The notes: generated by a model not told the origin, from the letters alone. A stretch of 64,000 nucleotides of DNA from an uncultured Nitrospinota bacterium (GCA_963707985.1 CAVPRW010000037.1:96001-160000); one strand, 5' to 3'. Numbered from the stretch's first letter, positions 21,964 to 33,952 are shown. Program-made: numbers and translations.

Positions 21964-22770
21964 TCATGGGAACTGCGCAGGCTGGCTGTCTGGCTCCAGG
22001 ATGCTATTTAAGCGCTGGCACAAGGCCATGACCTCATCAGCATGGCCGGGAAACCAGGCCTGCAACCACGTGGGACGTTCGAAAAAGGCTTGCGGCGGGC
22101 GATCTGGGTGTCGAATGCCAACACGCATGACCAACCCGCTGGCGTTGATGAAACTCACCTCGTCGAGCAATCTCCCTGGCGCGGCCAATCCGGCCGCGAT
22201 CGGACATAACGCGGCGATGGCCGCTAGGGAAGCTGCGACCCCTCGTAGGCAAAAGGCCTGCGTATGGGCCCGGACCTCTGGTGGCAAAGCCTGCAAGACG
22301 GTCCGCATGGTCAAGCCGGAAAACACCGTATCATCCACCACAGCAAGGGAGGACCCCGAATCGAGGCCCAACAGTTGCTGCGCTAAGGGGATACCGATCG
22401 TGCTCACCACGTTGTAGCCACCGTGGCCGTCTTCTTCGCGCGTAATGTCCACACGAGTGATTCGGGGAAACCATCCCGTCTTGGCGTGCAATTGTTGAGC
22501 GACGCGTTCTCCGGCTCGACCGATGCCAATCGTCAGCGCAAAGGGGGCGTAATGAGCCTGCGCCAGCAATCGCTCAATTTGCGACTCAAGCGTGATGACC
22601 ACGACATGCTCCGGATCACGCTGCAGGAGCGCGAAAAATTCCCGTGTGAGTTGCCATGCTGCTGATCCCTTGCCCTGCTGCCGGCAGACATATGCGCTGA
22701 GGTCGTCGTGAATATATAACAGGCCCGGGGTCGGTGCGGCGTAGGCTTCAGCATCCGTCATGGGGCGCAT
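21964..22770 (-). CDS. Type I phosphoribosyltransferase-fold protein
   Basis: PRPP-binding motif LAVVDDTVFSGLT and IGRAG. Confidence 0.7.
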   Translation of the reverse strand: MRPMTDAEAYAAPTPGLLYIHDDLSAYVCRQQGKGSAAWQLTREFFALLQRDPEHVVVITLESQIERLLAQAHYAPFALTIGIGRAGERVAQQLHAKTGWFPRITRVDITREEDGHGGYNVVSTIGIPLAQQLLGLDSGSSLAVVDDTVFSGLTMRTVLQALPPEVRAHTQAFCLRGVAASLAAIAALCPIAAGLAAPGRLLDEVSFINASGLVMRVGIRHPDRPPQAFFERPTWLQAWFPGHADEVMALCQRLNSILEPDSQPAQFP

Positions 22771-22901
22771 CTTTCCTCGGGGCGACTTGCCTGGGCGCCC
22801 TCGCGTGGCATGAGGCATCCCCCCTTCGTGGCTATGCCGACCCCTGTAGTATGTGCCAGAGCACGGGTTCGACACATCCGTGAGGCTATCAAGCCGGTGC
22901 T

Positions 22902-23791
22902 CTACCGCGGTGGGGGCGTCGAACTGGTGGGCGGACGTCCCGCTCCGGTGCGATCTTCCAGCCGCAGCCGTTCCTCCGCCAGTTTGGCCTCTTTCGAGGT
23001 AGGATATTTCTCGACCAGGGTCCGTAAGACGCGTCGTCCCTGGACCCCGTCTTTGATCTCGTAGTAAGCGTACCCTGTTTTTAACAGGGCGCTTGGTGCC
23101 TGAGGGCTTTGCGGAAAGTCCCGCACCAAGCGCTCAAACTCGGTAATAGCGCCGCGGTAGTCTTTCGCACTGTAGAGCGATTCTGCGAGATAATACTGCG
23201 CCGTGTCGGCCACATCACCCGTCGGGGCTTGCAGGAGATAGGTGCGAAACCCTTGTGCGGCCAGATCAAATTTGCCCCGCTGGTAATCCCCAAGGGCAGC
23301 CTGGTAGAGTCTCTTGGCCTCGGCCGAGCTTGGTGCAGCCGCCGTTGGGGGAGTTCCAGGCGAGTCTCCGGTAGGAGCCCCGGGAATGGGAGTTTGACCG
23401 GTGCCTGAGGGGCTCGATCGGCTGCCCATGGGAGTTGAGGACGCCGCCAGGGCTCAGCTTGGTCTCCAGTGCACCAACCCGACGGCTCATTTGGACGTTA
23501 GAGGCCTCCAGGCGCTCGGTCAACACACTGACTTGCTGACGCAGCTCATCGAGCCCAGCTTTCATGTCGGCGATATTCCGCCGCTCCCCCTCTAGCTCTC
23601 GCTGCACAAGCTCTCGCGGCTTGGACTGTGACACCTCTTGCGACACTTGCATTTGCATGAGCTTGGCGATTCATCCGCTCCATATCATTACGAAGAATGG
23701 CGATGTCGCGTTCCTGCGCGCACGCCGTGAGAGCCAGGGTGGCGAGCAGAGCTAATCCGCCCCACGGCAGCCGCGATCTGGCCACTTTCAT
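22902..23791 (-). CDS. cpoB: Tol-Pal protein CpoB/YbgF (two frameshifts, near 23665 and 23430)
   Basis: Lipobox LTAC, coiled coil, TPR region AQYYLAE..ALLKTG. Located after pal. Confidence 0.85.
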
Positions 23792-23814
23792 GATGTCATC
23801 CCCACGAGTTCAGG

Positions 23815-24364
23815 TTACATGGCCTTGAAATCGACCCGACGGTTCTTCGCCCATGAATCTTCGCCATGGCCAGAGTCAGTAGGGCGCTCTTCGCCGTAGC
23901 TGATGATCACCAGACGACTGCCATCGATGCCCAACGAGCTGAGGTAACTCTTCACGGCGGCAGCGCGGCGTTCACCCAGGGCGAGGTTGTACTCATTGCT
24001 GCCGCGCTCATCGGCGTTGCCCTCTAGCTGAACTCGGGCGTTGGCATTGGAACGCAGCCATTCGGAGTTGCGCACGAGGGTATCCTTGGCTGTATCACTT
24101 AGCGTCGCCTGATCGAACTCAAAATAAACGGTGTCCATCACCAACGTTCCTGCCGGAGGCGTCGTCGGCCGCGACGCCAGCTGGCTTTCGGCAATTCGCC
24201 GACGGCGTTCTTCTTCTTCGCGAGCCCGGATCTCCTCCGCGCTCGGCCCACTCGCGCCCATCTGCGTGGTGCTCTCGGGCGGTGGTCTTCCGCGCGCATC
24301 CCGTGGTGAGCAATATCAGGGTAGTAACGAAGATGAGGCTCCAAATCCCAACCGACCGCGTCAT
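23815..24364 (-). CDS. pal: Peptidoglycan-associated lipoprotein (frameshift near 24275)
   Basis: Lipobox TTGC. OmpA domain ADERGSNEYNLALGERRA and KNRR. Confidence 0.9.
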
Positions 24365-24524
24365 ATCGATGTCCCCTCCGCTCCTGACCTTTCAACCGTC
24401 CCTGAACACGCTACTGGGTGTCCTCACCCCAACGGATGTCGGTCTTCCCTTCACTTAAAGGGTGCCATACAGGCCTCTCTCCTTTCAGACGGCGAATGGT
24501 CGTCGTAATCGCAAACCCACAGGG

Positions 24525-25853
24525 TCACTCCACGATACGAGGAGACCAGACAGGACTTTGTGCCCCCCCGTCCAAGGACGTGAGTTGCTGTTGACCAGAC
24601 CCATCGTCATACATCCGATAGAGCTGGGGGGAGCCCGTGCGTGTCGAGCTGAACACTAAAAAGCGTCCGTCAGGAGACCACGAGGGATTTTCGTTACTCC
24701 CATTGCCCATGGTCAAGCGCTGCGCACCACTGCCATCCACGTTAATGACATAGACGTCGAAACGGTTTCCCTCCATCGACACATAGGCGATACGATCGCC
24801 ACGCGGGGACCAGGAGGGACGGTCATTGTAGTTCCCTTGGTAAGTCAACCGGCGGACATTCGACCCTTCCGCATCCATGATGAAGATCTGTGGCGATCCC
24901 GCGCGGTCGGACACAAACGCGATTTGCCGACCGGTCGGTGACCAGGTGGGGGAGGTATCGATCGCCGGATGATTGGTGAGTCGGCGCAAGTCGGAGCCGT
25001 TGCGACTCATCGTATAGATTTCCGAGTTGCCATCTTTGGTTAACGTCAACGCCAGGCGGCTGCTGTCAGGGGACCAGGCTGGCGCCGAATTCAGTCCAGG
25101 CTGCTGCGACACGAGACGTCGTCCACCGCCGTTCAAGCCAACGGCGACAAGATCGGGATTGCGGTCTCGATACGACGTAATAGCCACCTCACGGCTGTCC
25201 GGCGCCCAGGCTGGTGACAGCGCAATCGAGCGATCGCTGGTCAATTGCCGGACGTTCGTGCCATTCTGATCCATCACAAACAGCTCTTTGTTGCCATTTT
25301 GTCGCGAAATGAACGCGATCTTCGTTTGGGCGATGCCTGGCTCACCGGTAAAACGGACCATGATCTCATCGGCACAGCGATGCATCATACTGGCTGCGGT
25401 ATCCGCGGGTCCACGATAACGTTTCCCCGTGATCATGCTTTGGCCCCCAACGTCGAAGAGCCGACACTCGACGATAAGATCGCGTCCATCCTGGCTATAT
25501 GTCCCCTTCACGAGCGCCTGCGCGCCCAACTCTGCCCACTCCTTGAACACAATCTCCCCAGCCCGCGCATCAGCTTGGGCCGCCTCCTCTAAAAACCTCT
25601 GGTTGTCGATCAGGTCGAAGAAACGGTAGACGCGCAAATCATCGGCAAGAGTGCTGGCCATCTCATGGCCAAGGCTCGCATTTGCCCCACTGCCGCCTTC
25701 CGCCCGAGTAAAATCCGGGATCGCTAGGCGCAAGCGTTGTCCGCCGCCGCGCGAGATGCTGAGATAGACGTCGGCCGCGTTTGCGCACACCAGCCCAATC
25801 GTCATGGTGAAGAGCCACCCGAGCAGATACACCCTTGCATAGCTGATGCGCAT
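24525..25853 (-). CDS. tolB: Tol-Pal beta-propeller protein
   Basis: PD40 repeats (PAWSPD), TolB N-terminal domain, operon context. Confidence 0.93.
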   Translation of the reverse strand: MRISYARVYLLGWLFTMTIGLVCANAADVYLSISRGGGQRLRLAIPDFTRAEGGSGANASLGHEMASTLADDLRVYRFFDLIDNQRFLEEAAQADARAGEIVFKEWAELGAQALVKGTYSQDGRDLIVECRLFDVGGQSMITGKRYRGPADTAASMMHRCADEIMVRFTGEPGIAQTKIAFISRQNGNKELFVMDQNGTNVRQLTSDRSIALSPAWAPDSREVAITSYRDRNPDLVAVGLNGGGRRLVSQQPGLNSAPAWSPDSSRLALTLTKDGNSEIYTMSRNGSDLRRLTNHPAIDTSPTWSPTGRQIAFVSDRAGSPQIFIMDAEGSNVRRLTYQGNYNDRPSWSPRGDRIAYVSMEGNRFDVYVINVDGSGAQRLTMGNGSNENPSWSPDGRFLVFSSTRTGSPQLYRMYDDGSGQQQLTSLDGGAQSPVWSPRIVE

Positions 25854-25854
25854 A

Positions 25855-26793
25855 TCACCCTTCCTTTTGGCCCGGACAAGAGCCTCCTAAACCAAAGCAG
25901 AGGTAGATCCCCAGGTAGTCCCCACCAAATTCCACTGGCAAGGGAGGAAATGGATCGGAGCGTTTGATGGCCCCTGAAGCGAGCAGGTCGACGGCCTGAT
26001 TACGGGAGGATTCATAGATCTGGGGCTCGGCGATCGTACCGTCCCGTTTGATTCGGAAATAGACGACGACCCGACCGAGATTCTGCTGCGGACGGACCCA
26101 GTTCTCCTCGATGCGTCCGGTTACCTGCCTGAGGTAGTAGCTATAGGGAAAGTTGGCCGAGTCAAGCGACAACATGCCACCGCCACCCCCCAAGGCCAGA
26201 CCGCTGCCCGGTCCAGACCCCGACCCAGGCCCTGACCCAGGTCTTCCCCCGCTCCCTGGCCCCGATCGCTCGGGCTGAATCCTGGCCGTTGCTTCTCGCC
26301 GTGGGGCCGGAGTTGGAGACGTCTGCGTCGGAGGAGGAACGTCTTTTTTCCTCTCCTGGGGTTTCTCGGTAACTGCTCGTGGTGCGGGCTCGGGCTTCTT
26401 CTCTTCCCGCTTTGGGGGTTCTTTCTTCGGCGGCTCCTTAGGCTTTGGCGTGGGCAGGGTCATCTCCGGCTCGCGTGGTGGGTCCTTGGGTTTCGGGGGC
26501 GGAGCTTTCTCTACCTTCTCAGGTTTGGGTTCTGGCGGATGTGGCGCAGAAGGTTTCTCCGCCTGGGTAGGCTCTGGTGGTGGAGCAGGTTTTCTTGGGG
26601 GCGGCTGGAGTGCTTCGCGTGTCGCCCCGCCGCCGCCTCCACCCGCGGGGAAGTCGACGAGTTGCACCATCTGCGCTGGGGGCATGAGAAGCGTGGGCGC
26701 CGAGATATAAGGCGCCACAACGAACAGGCCACCAAGGGCAGCCACATGAATCAGCACAGAGAGAAGGAGCGGCCGTGAAATCTCTCCAAACAT
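25855..26793 (-). CDS. tolA: TolA/TonB family protein
   Basis: N-terminal TM with S-x3-H, Pro/Lys/Glu-rich linker, TonB_C-like domain. Confidence 0.8.
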   Translation of the reverse strand: MFGEISRPLLLSVLIHVAALGGLFVVAPYISAPTLLMPPAQMVQLVDFPAGGGGGGATREALQPPPRKPAPPPEPTQAEKPSAPHPPEPKPEKVEKAPPPKPKDPPREPEMTLPTPKPKEPPKKEPPKREEKKPEPAPRAVTEKPQERKKDVPPPTQTSPTPAPRREATARIQPERSGPGSGGRPGSGPGSGSGPGSGLALGGGGGMLSLDSANFPYSYYLRQVTGRIEENWVRPQQNLGRVVVYFRIKRDGTIAEPQIYESSRNQAVDLLASGAIKRSDPFPPLPVEFGGDYLGIYLCFGLGGSCPGQKEG

Positions 26794-26854
26794 CCCATAC
26801 TCGCCGGCTCGGTTCCCGGAGCGCGACCTGTTGCCGTTGATGGCGCTCGATTTG

Positions 26855-27289
26855 CTAGGACGGAGGTCTTTTACCATCATCATCAGCCGGAACCGTCACA
26901 ATGCCTAAGCGCTCGATGCCCGCCTGTTTAATCACCGCCATCATCTTCACCACGAAACCGTATGGGATATCTTTATCAGCGCGGAGGAACACCTCTTTGG
27001 TGGATCCCGAGGCTTGACGCAATGTCTGTTCCAGCTCAGGAAAATCAATACGTCGATCATTCAAATACAGACGCTCGTTCTTGGCCAGGGTGATAACCAG
27101 CCGCTCTCGGCTGGGATCCATATTGCTACTTCCCCCTTCCTGGGGGAGGTTGATATCGATACCCTGCTGCATCATCGGAGCGGTGACCATGAAAATGACG
27201 AGCAAGACCAGCATCACGTCAACAAGGGGCGTGACGTTGATCTCGGATAGCGTCGTCTGGCCTGGTTTTTGCGTCGTTCCGAGGCTCAT
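26855..27289 (-). CDS. tolR: TolR/ExbD
   Basis: EINVTPLVDVMLVLLVIFMVTAP. Confidence 0.92.
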   Translation of the reverse strand: MSLGTTQKPGQTTLSEINVTPLVDVMLVLLVIFMVTAPMMQQGIDINLPQEGGSSNMDPSRERLVITLAKNERLYLNDRRIDFPELEQTLRQASGSTKEVFLRADKDIPYGFVVKMMAVIKQAGIERLGIVTVPADDDGKRPPS

Positions 27290-28030
27290 GCGTGCTTGAC
27301 GAGGTCCCGCTCGGCATAGGTGGCGAACTCGCTGGCGAAATTCTCCATCTCCATCGCCAACACACGAATCTGACTCACAAAATGGTTATAGGCGATGACC
27401 GCTGGGATCGCCGCGGCCAGGCCGGCGGCGGTGGCGATCAGGGCTTCCGAAATACCTGGGGCCACAGTGGCCAACGTGGCTGATCCCCGCAAGCCAATAC
27501 CATGAAACGCGTTCATCACACCCCAGACAGTTCCGAAGAGTCCGATGAACGGGGTTGCGCTACCGGTGGTGGCGAGAAACGGCAGCAATCGTTCCAATCG
27601 GATGGTTTCCTCCGACGCCATCAACGATAACATGCGCTGGAAACGCCCGGCATCGAACACCGACGGTCCGGGAATCGATTCCTCATGCAGTTCATCAGAC
27701 AGACCATTGCGACCCCGCGCAGCGCATTTTTGCCGCCGGATGCGAGCGCAGCTCGGCATATCCCGCTGCAAACATACGCGCCAGCGGAGAGGCTTGGTAC
27801 TGTTTAGTCGAGGCATATACGACCGCGAGATTGTCACTCTCGGCAAAGATTTCACGAAACAGGGATGTCTCACGCCTGACACGGCGCATCAGCCGCCACT
27901 TATGGATGATGATCGCCCAAGAGGCGACCGAGAAGCCCAATAAAATGAGCAGCACCAGCTTACCCATGGGGCCTGCTCGTAGCACAAGATCAAACACGTC
28001 TCCGCCGAAGCCGATGGTCTGTGTTGGCAT
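27286..28030 (-). CDS. tolQ: TolQ (frameshift near 27745)
   Basis: PFIGLFGTVWG and APGISEALIATAAGL. The N-terminal TM is in another frame. Confidence 0.9.
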
Positions 28031-28316
28031 GATGGTACCTTGACAGGAAATATGAGGTGCGGGAGTCCAATGCTGCAATGCACTGGCGACGTTCTATCCT
28101 AGGCTAAAGCCTGGCAGATGTCAACGTCGATTTCGTCCGCACGCCCTGAAAGCGCCAAGAGGGGGATGTGCCTCACGTTGCAAAGGGACGGTTATTCGAG
28201 TAAAGTGACAGAAATAACACTATGATTCGCCCATCTTCGAATGCACTTCCACGCTGTGTGCCTTCTCTAAGGTGTTGGTCTTACATGGTTTAGACGTCGC
28301 CGGAGGAGTCCGTCGC

Positions 28317-29107
28317 ATGGTTGACCTTCAAGAGCTTAACGACGTGTCTGCAGGAGCATATCCGTCCCCAACACCTGGCGCTGGCCATCAAAATGGCCAA
28401 GTCGCCCGACGAGGTGCCACCAAAACTGCGGCATCCGGCCAAGGATATGGGGTTTCAATCGGCAATCTGCCAGGGGATCAGCATCGCACGACGATACGGA
28501 TGGGCTCTGGCGTTGACGAGAGAGGACCTGTCATGTCCACTGGCCAAGGTGGTGTTCGGCTTCGAGCCGGAAATTTCCGTACTATACCGAGGGGTTTGCC
28601 TGTGCGGAGATGTATACCGAAAGCGAAACTGCCGGAGCGCTGACGGAAGCCCAGCAGCCGAAATTCCCCTATGGGACGTATCATGCCATTCTGGTCGCAC
28701 CGTTGACGCGCACCGAGTTTGAGCCTGATGTGGTAGTGATCTATGGCAACTCGGCCCAGGTCATGCGCTTGGTGACTGCGGCGCTCTATAAGCGCGGGGG
28801 ACGGATCACGTCGAGCTTCTCAGGGCGCATCGATTGTGCCGATATCATCATCCAAACGATGCACACGCAGGATTGCCAGGTAATTCTCCCCTGCTACGGC
28901 GATCGCATCTTTGCTCAGACCGAAGACTCGGAGATGGCGTTTACCATCCCTCGATCCCGCATCGCTGAGGTCATCGAGGGGCTCAAAGGCACCCATAAAG
29001 GGGGCGTGCGGTATCCGATTCCCTCCTTCTTACGCTACCAGGCGGTGTTTCCCGAGAAGTATATGAAGCTTGAGGAACTGTGGCGGCAGGGGGATGCGCA
29101 TTCATAG
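28317..29107 (+). CDS. DUF169 family protein (frameshifted)
   Basis: ICQGISIARRYG, PDVVVIYGNSAQVMRL and LPCYGDR are spread over three frames. Confidence 0.75.
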
Positions 29108-29405
29108 CGACTACCACCCCGTACCGGTGTTGATCAGAACCTTCACCGCGCCCTCCCACTCTGATGGCCCGTCATACCAGAGCACAATGTCCGCATGTCG
29201 ACTATCAGTCAAATCGCCGCGGCAATGACCTTGATGATGGCGCCGTTCACACGCAGGTCGTAAATCACAAACGGCGGCCCCCCGAAAGCGTTCACGAGCA
29301 TGCCGATGAGCAGCATCATGGTGAGGGCTGGGACGGCGTGCATGATCCTGAGGCCCTGGATGATTTCGGAGTATTGCCGCGCTATGCGAGGCACGTCTGG
29401 GCGGC

Positions 29406-30490
29406 TTACCAACGTTGCTCTTCGCCAGTGGATTCTCGCTGTTCGTTGGTCGCGGATACATCGGGGATGCAGTCTGACAGCGATGCCAGGAAGCGCGAGA
29501 TGGCCCGGATGCTGCTGGTGAAGGGGCTCAAGTCCAATACGTTCCCGGACTTCGCCCTGAGCTTCAAGGGCCACACGGACCGCTTCGAGGAACCGCACGC
29601 CGGCCGTCCTGACCGAGAGCATCCAGAATCCCCGGACACAGGACATGCTCGCGTATCTCATCGCGGTTGCCAAACATTTCTTCGAGAGTCTGAAAGACGT
29701 ACAGCGGGGTCCCACCGTCGTGAATGCTGTGTAAATCGATAATCGACGGCTGCAAGCCACCGCTCGTCGGGGTGAGCAACACGTTCCATGGACTGGGATC
29801 GCTGGTAAAGGTCCTGCACCCGAGTACCACCCACAACCGCATATACGCGCCAATCCCTTGGCGTTCGAGAGCTTGACGTTGTGCGGAGTACTGCATAAAA
29901 TCGAGCTCTCCCCGGATAAAGCGGTCTTCGAGGATGCCTTTCCAGTGGTCGAGGCTATGCCCTTCCACATAGGCTTCGGTCATCGCCCGGCACGTCTGGC
30001 CGCGTCCATCCGACCATTGCCAAAAACCTCCAAACCGCGGGCACAGGCCGGGTGCCACCTCGTCCACACGACGTGCCGCCCATACCATGCGTTCGAGCAC
30101 CCGAGCATCGAGGTCTGTGGATTGAGCGTTCGCGCCGCCGACCGTTGCCTCGGGAGGCAAATGACCAAGTTTAACGGGCAGGAACTGCTTCAACACGAAG
30201 CTGAAAGCGTCTCCTGGCCGCGTGCGCGCGGTGACCAGATAAACGCGCTTCGCCCCACCCGTGGCCAGATAGCGAATCGTGAGCCAAGCTGGACGCCCGT
30301 GGGCGCCAGCATCGCCGTGGAGGCGTGTCAGAGTGGTCTCAAGCAGCCTGGGGTGTGTCAGGGCCGCTTCGACAGCGCCCTGTTCGGCTGCTGGCCTGGT
30401 GTTTTCCCATGTGATCGGTGCGACTCCCGCCTTCGGCGCGTCAGTACCCAACATACCTGTCCCCCGCGGAAACGTTGTGTGCTCGTGCAT
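29406..30490 (-). CDS. Protein-kinase-like fold hypothetical protein (frameshifts near 3' end)
   Basis: LATGGAKRVY Gly loop, VLKQ, EAYVEG, SDPSPWNVLL (D-x4-N) and IIDL. Confidence 0.55.
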
Positions 30491-30505
30491 GACCCTATGC
30501 TCAGC

Positions 30506-30749
30506 CTACCGCATGCGTGGGACGATGAAGATATCCTCGGCTTCCCAGAAATCCCCAGCATGGTTGCAGGCTGTGGTGCGCACGTCATCGAGCAAATCCG
30601 GCGTGTCAACGGTGATCCACAGGTAAGCATCTTCTCCGGCTTCAATCGTATCGAAATCGATCTCGGTTTTTACCTGCGGTAATCTTCTCTTCCCCGCTGA
30701 GCCACTTGCTCTGCTAGCGACTTGCAGATTCCTTCAGGCGCGGTGTCAT
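30506..30749 (-). CDS. Small acidic hypothetical protein (frameshift near 5' end; absent from ORF track)
   Basis: MTPRLKE followed in another frame by LPQVKTEIDFDTIEAGEDAYLWITVDTPDLLDDVR..EDIFIVPRMR*. Confidence 0.4.
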
Positions 30750-31086
30750 CTGGCAAAAGCACCACGAGTATACCAGAACCACGGGAGAGTGGCGTGGCAA
30801 ACCGCTACTAGCCGACCAATCACCCGGAAGCGGGTGCAGCCTATTCTGGCATTCAAGCGACGACTGTGGCCTGCAGCGTGGGGAAATTTGCTCGGGCTGC
30901 CAGCGTCGCCTCCGCTCCCACGCGCCCAGCGATCAGAGTATAATATATGATCTTGATTACGATGATTAAGGGGGAAAGGATTACCCAACCCTTGCAACCC
31001 TGTTTCCAGACGCCCATTGAAAGGGATCATCCGCAGCGCAGCCCCCCAGGCCGACCGATGTCACATCTGTGATAAGGAGAATACAC

Positions 31087-31615
31087 GTGGCTCTAGTGCT
31101 CGATTTCATCCGCGATTCCATTCATCAGCAGCATGAGGCATGGGATAAGGCAATCTCGGATTTGACGCCAGAGCAGATGCATTTTCGCCCGAACGGCCAG
31201 GGAAACCATATTGGCTTCATCGCCTGGCATTATGTCCGGACAGAGGACAACCTCGTGCAATTCGTCTTTCAACATCGCAAGCCGACGGTCTGGCTTGCCG
31301 GTGGCTACGATCAGATGTTTGGCGCTACCGCGTACGGCACAAGGCACCGGCATGCCGCCTGAGGACGCGGTACGCATGCAGTTGCCGGCGGTGGAGCAGT
31401 GGATGGGCTATCAGCACGCAGTCTGGCAAGCAACGGACACCTGGCTCAATGCCATGACGGAGGACGATTTGCTGCGTTCCGTCCATATCATGCCATTCGG
31501 CGATATTACGGTGATGACAGCGGTGCGCATTCCGATCGTCAACCATGGCTTCTTGCATCTCGGCCAGGTAGGCCATTTGCGGAAACAACAAGGATTAAAG
31601 AGCTCAGACCTGTAG
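31087..31615 (+). CDS. DinB family protein (frameshift near 31323)
   Basis: NHIGFIAWH..ED and H-x3-H-LGQ metal triad. Confidence 0.85.
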
Positions 31616-31725
31616 GTGGCGAGGCCCCAGCCTACGGGTGCCATCGGCTCGTGTGCTGGTGTCTCAGGGCAACTGGGGCAGAGGGTTGAACCGACGGTCT
31701 CGATGACTCCAGAGGAACACTGGCT

Positions 31726-32523
31726 TCACGAGCGCTGCCCATGGCCATGCAGCACCTGCACGCCCCACGCGACATCCTCTCCCTGAAGTGGGGGCGTGGG
31801 TTCGCTCCGATAGTCTAACCGTCGTGCACAGGCCCCTTGGTCGTAACAGCGATTAAGGACTGCCTGCAGATCGAGGACAACAGGGGGGTCGTCATCTGCC
31901 AGAGGGACATGAATCCGCGGTAACGGTTGCCGCAATGTGACGGGCCAGACCTCACAGCGATTTCCCTGTCCGCCACGGTGCAAGCAGACGAGATAGTCCC
32001 AGTTGCCCCGCCCGAGCAACTGCTCTCGGGGTGCCACTATCGTATGTTCTCCGCGGCGCAACAGGTCAATTTCAATCAGGTGCGCTTGGCTTTCGAACAA
32101 CTCCTGCTGTTTGGTCAGGTAAAGTTGGCGTCCGGGGCTACCAACCGCCTTATTGCTGGGACTGAGCACTTCGATCACAGTAATCACCCGGCTTTCATCT
32201 GCCACCGGCAGAATCTCGATGAACACCTCCCGCATCTCCACCGGATGATACGTAACGACCCAGGGAGGGTCGCTGGCCATCACCGCCATGCCAGCCTGAC
32301 CTCTTGGTGGTCGAGCGGATGGGTGTTCCAAAATCGCCACGTCAGGGTAGATGCTACGCTCTGGCTGTATGATATACAGTCGCTCACCGATGTCGGCGAT
32401 GTAGTGGGCTGGCAGCACAGCATTCAAGGCATCACCGATATAAGTAATGAATCGCTGAAGCACCCCTGGCCACAAGGCCGAATGTTCGAGGTATGGGTCC
32501 ATGCCTGGAAATGGACTGGGCAT
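31726..32523 (-). CDS. DUF4058 family protein (PD-(D/E)xK-like)
   Basis: MPSPFPGMDPYLE, IEVLSPSNK and EIDLLRRG. Confidence 0.9.
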   Translation of the reverse strand: MPSPFPGMDPYLEHSALWPGVLQRFITYIGDALNAVLPAHYIADIGERLYIIQPERSIYPDVAILEHPSARPPRGQAGMAVMASDPPWVVTYHPVEMREVFIEILPVADESRVITVIEVLSPSNKAVGSPGRQLYLTKQQELFESQAHLIEIDLLRRGEHTIVAPREQLLGRGNWDYLVCLHRGGQGNRCEVWPVTLRQPLPRIHVPLADDDPPVVLDLQAVLNRCYDQGACARRLDYRSEPTPPLQGEDVAWGVQVLHGHGQRS

Positions 32524-32561
32524 CGTTGTTCCTCCAACGTTCTGCGATCCTGCCCGGATCG

Positions 32562-33952
32562 CTACCGTGAAAACTTGTTGGCAGCGTTGAGTGCCGCCAC
32601 TTTGTAGCACTCCGCCAGCGTCGGGTAGTTGAAGACGGTCTGTAAGAAGTAGTCCAGCCCACCCCCCAGTCCTAACACGGCCTGACCGATATGGATTAAT
32701 TCGGTGGCACCAGTACCGATGGCGTGCACCCCGAGCAGCTGACCGGTGTCCCGTAAGAACAGCATCTTGAAGAGGCCGCTGTCGTCGCCGAGAATCTGGC
32801 CTCGGGCAATTTCACGATAGCGTGCCACGCCAGTTTCATAGGGAATGCGGCGTTCCGTCAGCTCATGCTCCGGAGCTCCAACCATAGAGATTTCAGGGAT
32901 CGAGTAAATGCCAATGGGAAAGTGTTGGGACATGGTGCCAGTCGGCATGCCGAAGGCGTGGCAGGCCGCCAGACGCCCTTGCTCCGAGGACGTTGCCGCC
33001 AGACTGGGGAAACCGATCACGTCACCCGCGGCGAAGATATGCGGCACCTCGGTGCGAAACTGTCCGTCCACCCGTAGCCGTCCGCGCTCATCGGCCGTGA
33101 GGCCTGCGGCGTCGAGTTTGAGGTGCTCGGTGGCGCCCAAACGCCCAGCCGAAAAGAGTACCAGGTCTGAAGTGATCAACTTCCCCGACTCAAGGAACAG
33201 CGTCACTCGGCGTGTGGGCCCGTCAGCGATTTCCATGTGCTCGACCGCTTCGCCGAGGCGAAAGGTGACGTTCCAATCGCGCATTTGATGGATCAACTCG
33301 TCGACAATTTCCCAATCCAGGAATTCCAGCACGCGCGAGCGTTTATCGATGAGTGTGACCTGCACGCCCAGAGAGGCGAACATCGAGGCATACTCGATGC
33401 CAATAATGCCTCTCCCACCACCACCATACTGCGCGGCAGCCGTGTGAGCTGCATGACCCCATCGCTGGTAATCACGACATCGCCGTCCGCCTGCATGCCT
33501 GGAGGAGGCGCTGGTTGCGTCCCAACAGCAAGTAGCACATTGGCGGCGGTCACGGTCCGCCAGCCGCGTTCGGACTCCACCACAATCGTATGCGGATCCT
33601 TGAAAGACGCCTCACCCCACATAAGCGTGATGCCATTGCGCCGGAGCTGGCGTTCGATGACCTCGGTCTCGCGGCGCATGACGGCCCCGACGCGTGCGAG
33701 CAACTGCTCGACTGTGGGGCGGGTCTCCTCCCAAGCGGCTTGCCGCCAGTCAAACCGTCCGACTAGGCCCGAAAAGAAAATCACCGCCTCACGAAAGGTT
33801 TTGCTGGGAATCGTGCCGGTGTCGACGCAAATGCCGCCAACACTGCGTCGCTTCTCCACCACAGCGACTCGACAACCGAGCTTCGACGCCTGGACTGCTG
33901 CCCGCTGACCAGCGGGACCGCTGCCGATACATAAGAGTTCGAAATCGTACAT
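32562..33952 (-). CDS. sthA: Soluble Si-specific NAD(P)+ transhydrogenase (frameshift near 33410)
   Basis: IGSGPAG, TGTIPSKT, GDVIGFPSLAATS and FNYPTLAECYKVAA. Confidence 0.9.

Noticed and set aside
26190..26650. Repeat array (GSGP, PEPK, PPK repeats)
   Set aside because: Ordinary low-complexity TolA/TonB linker; not CRISPR or a VNTR system.
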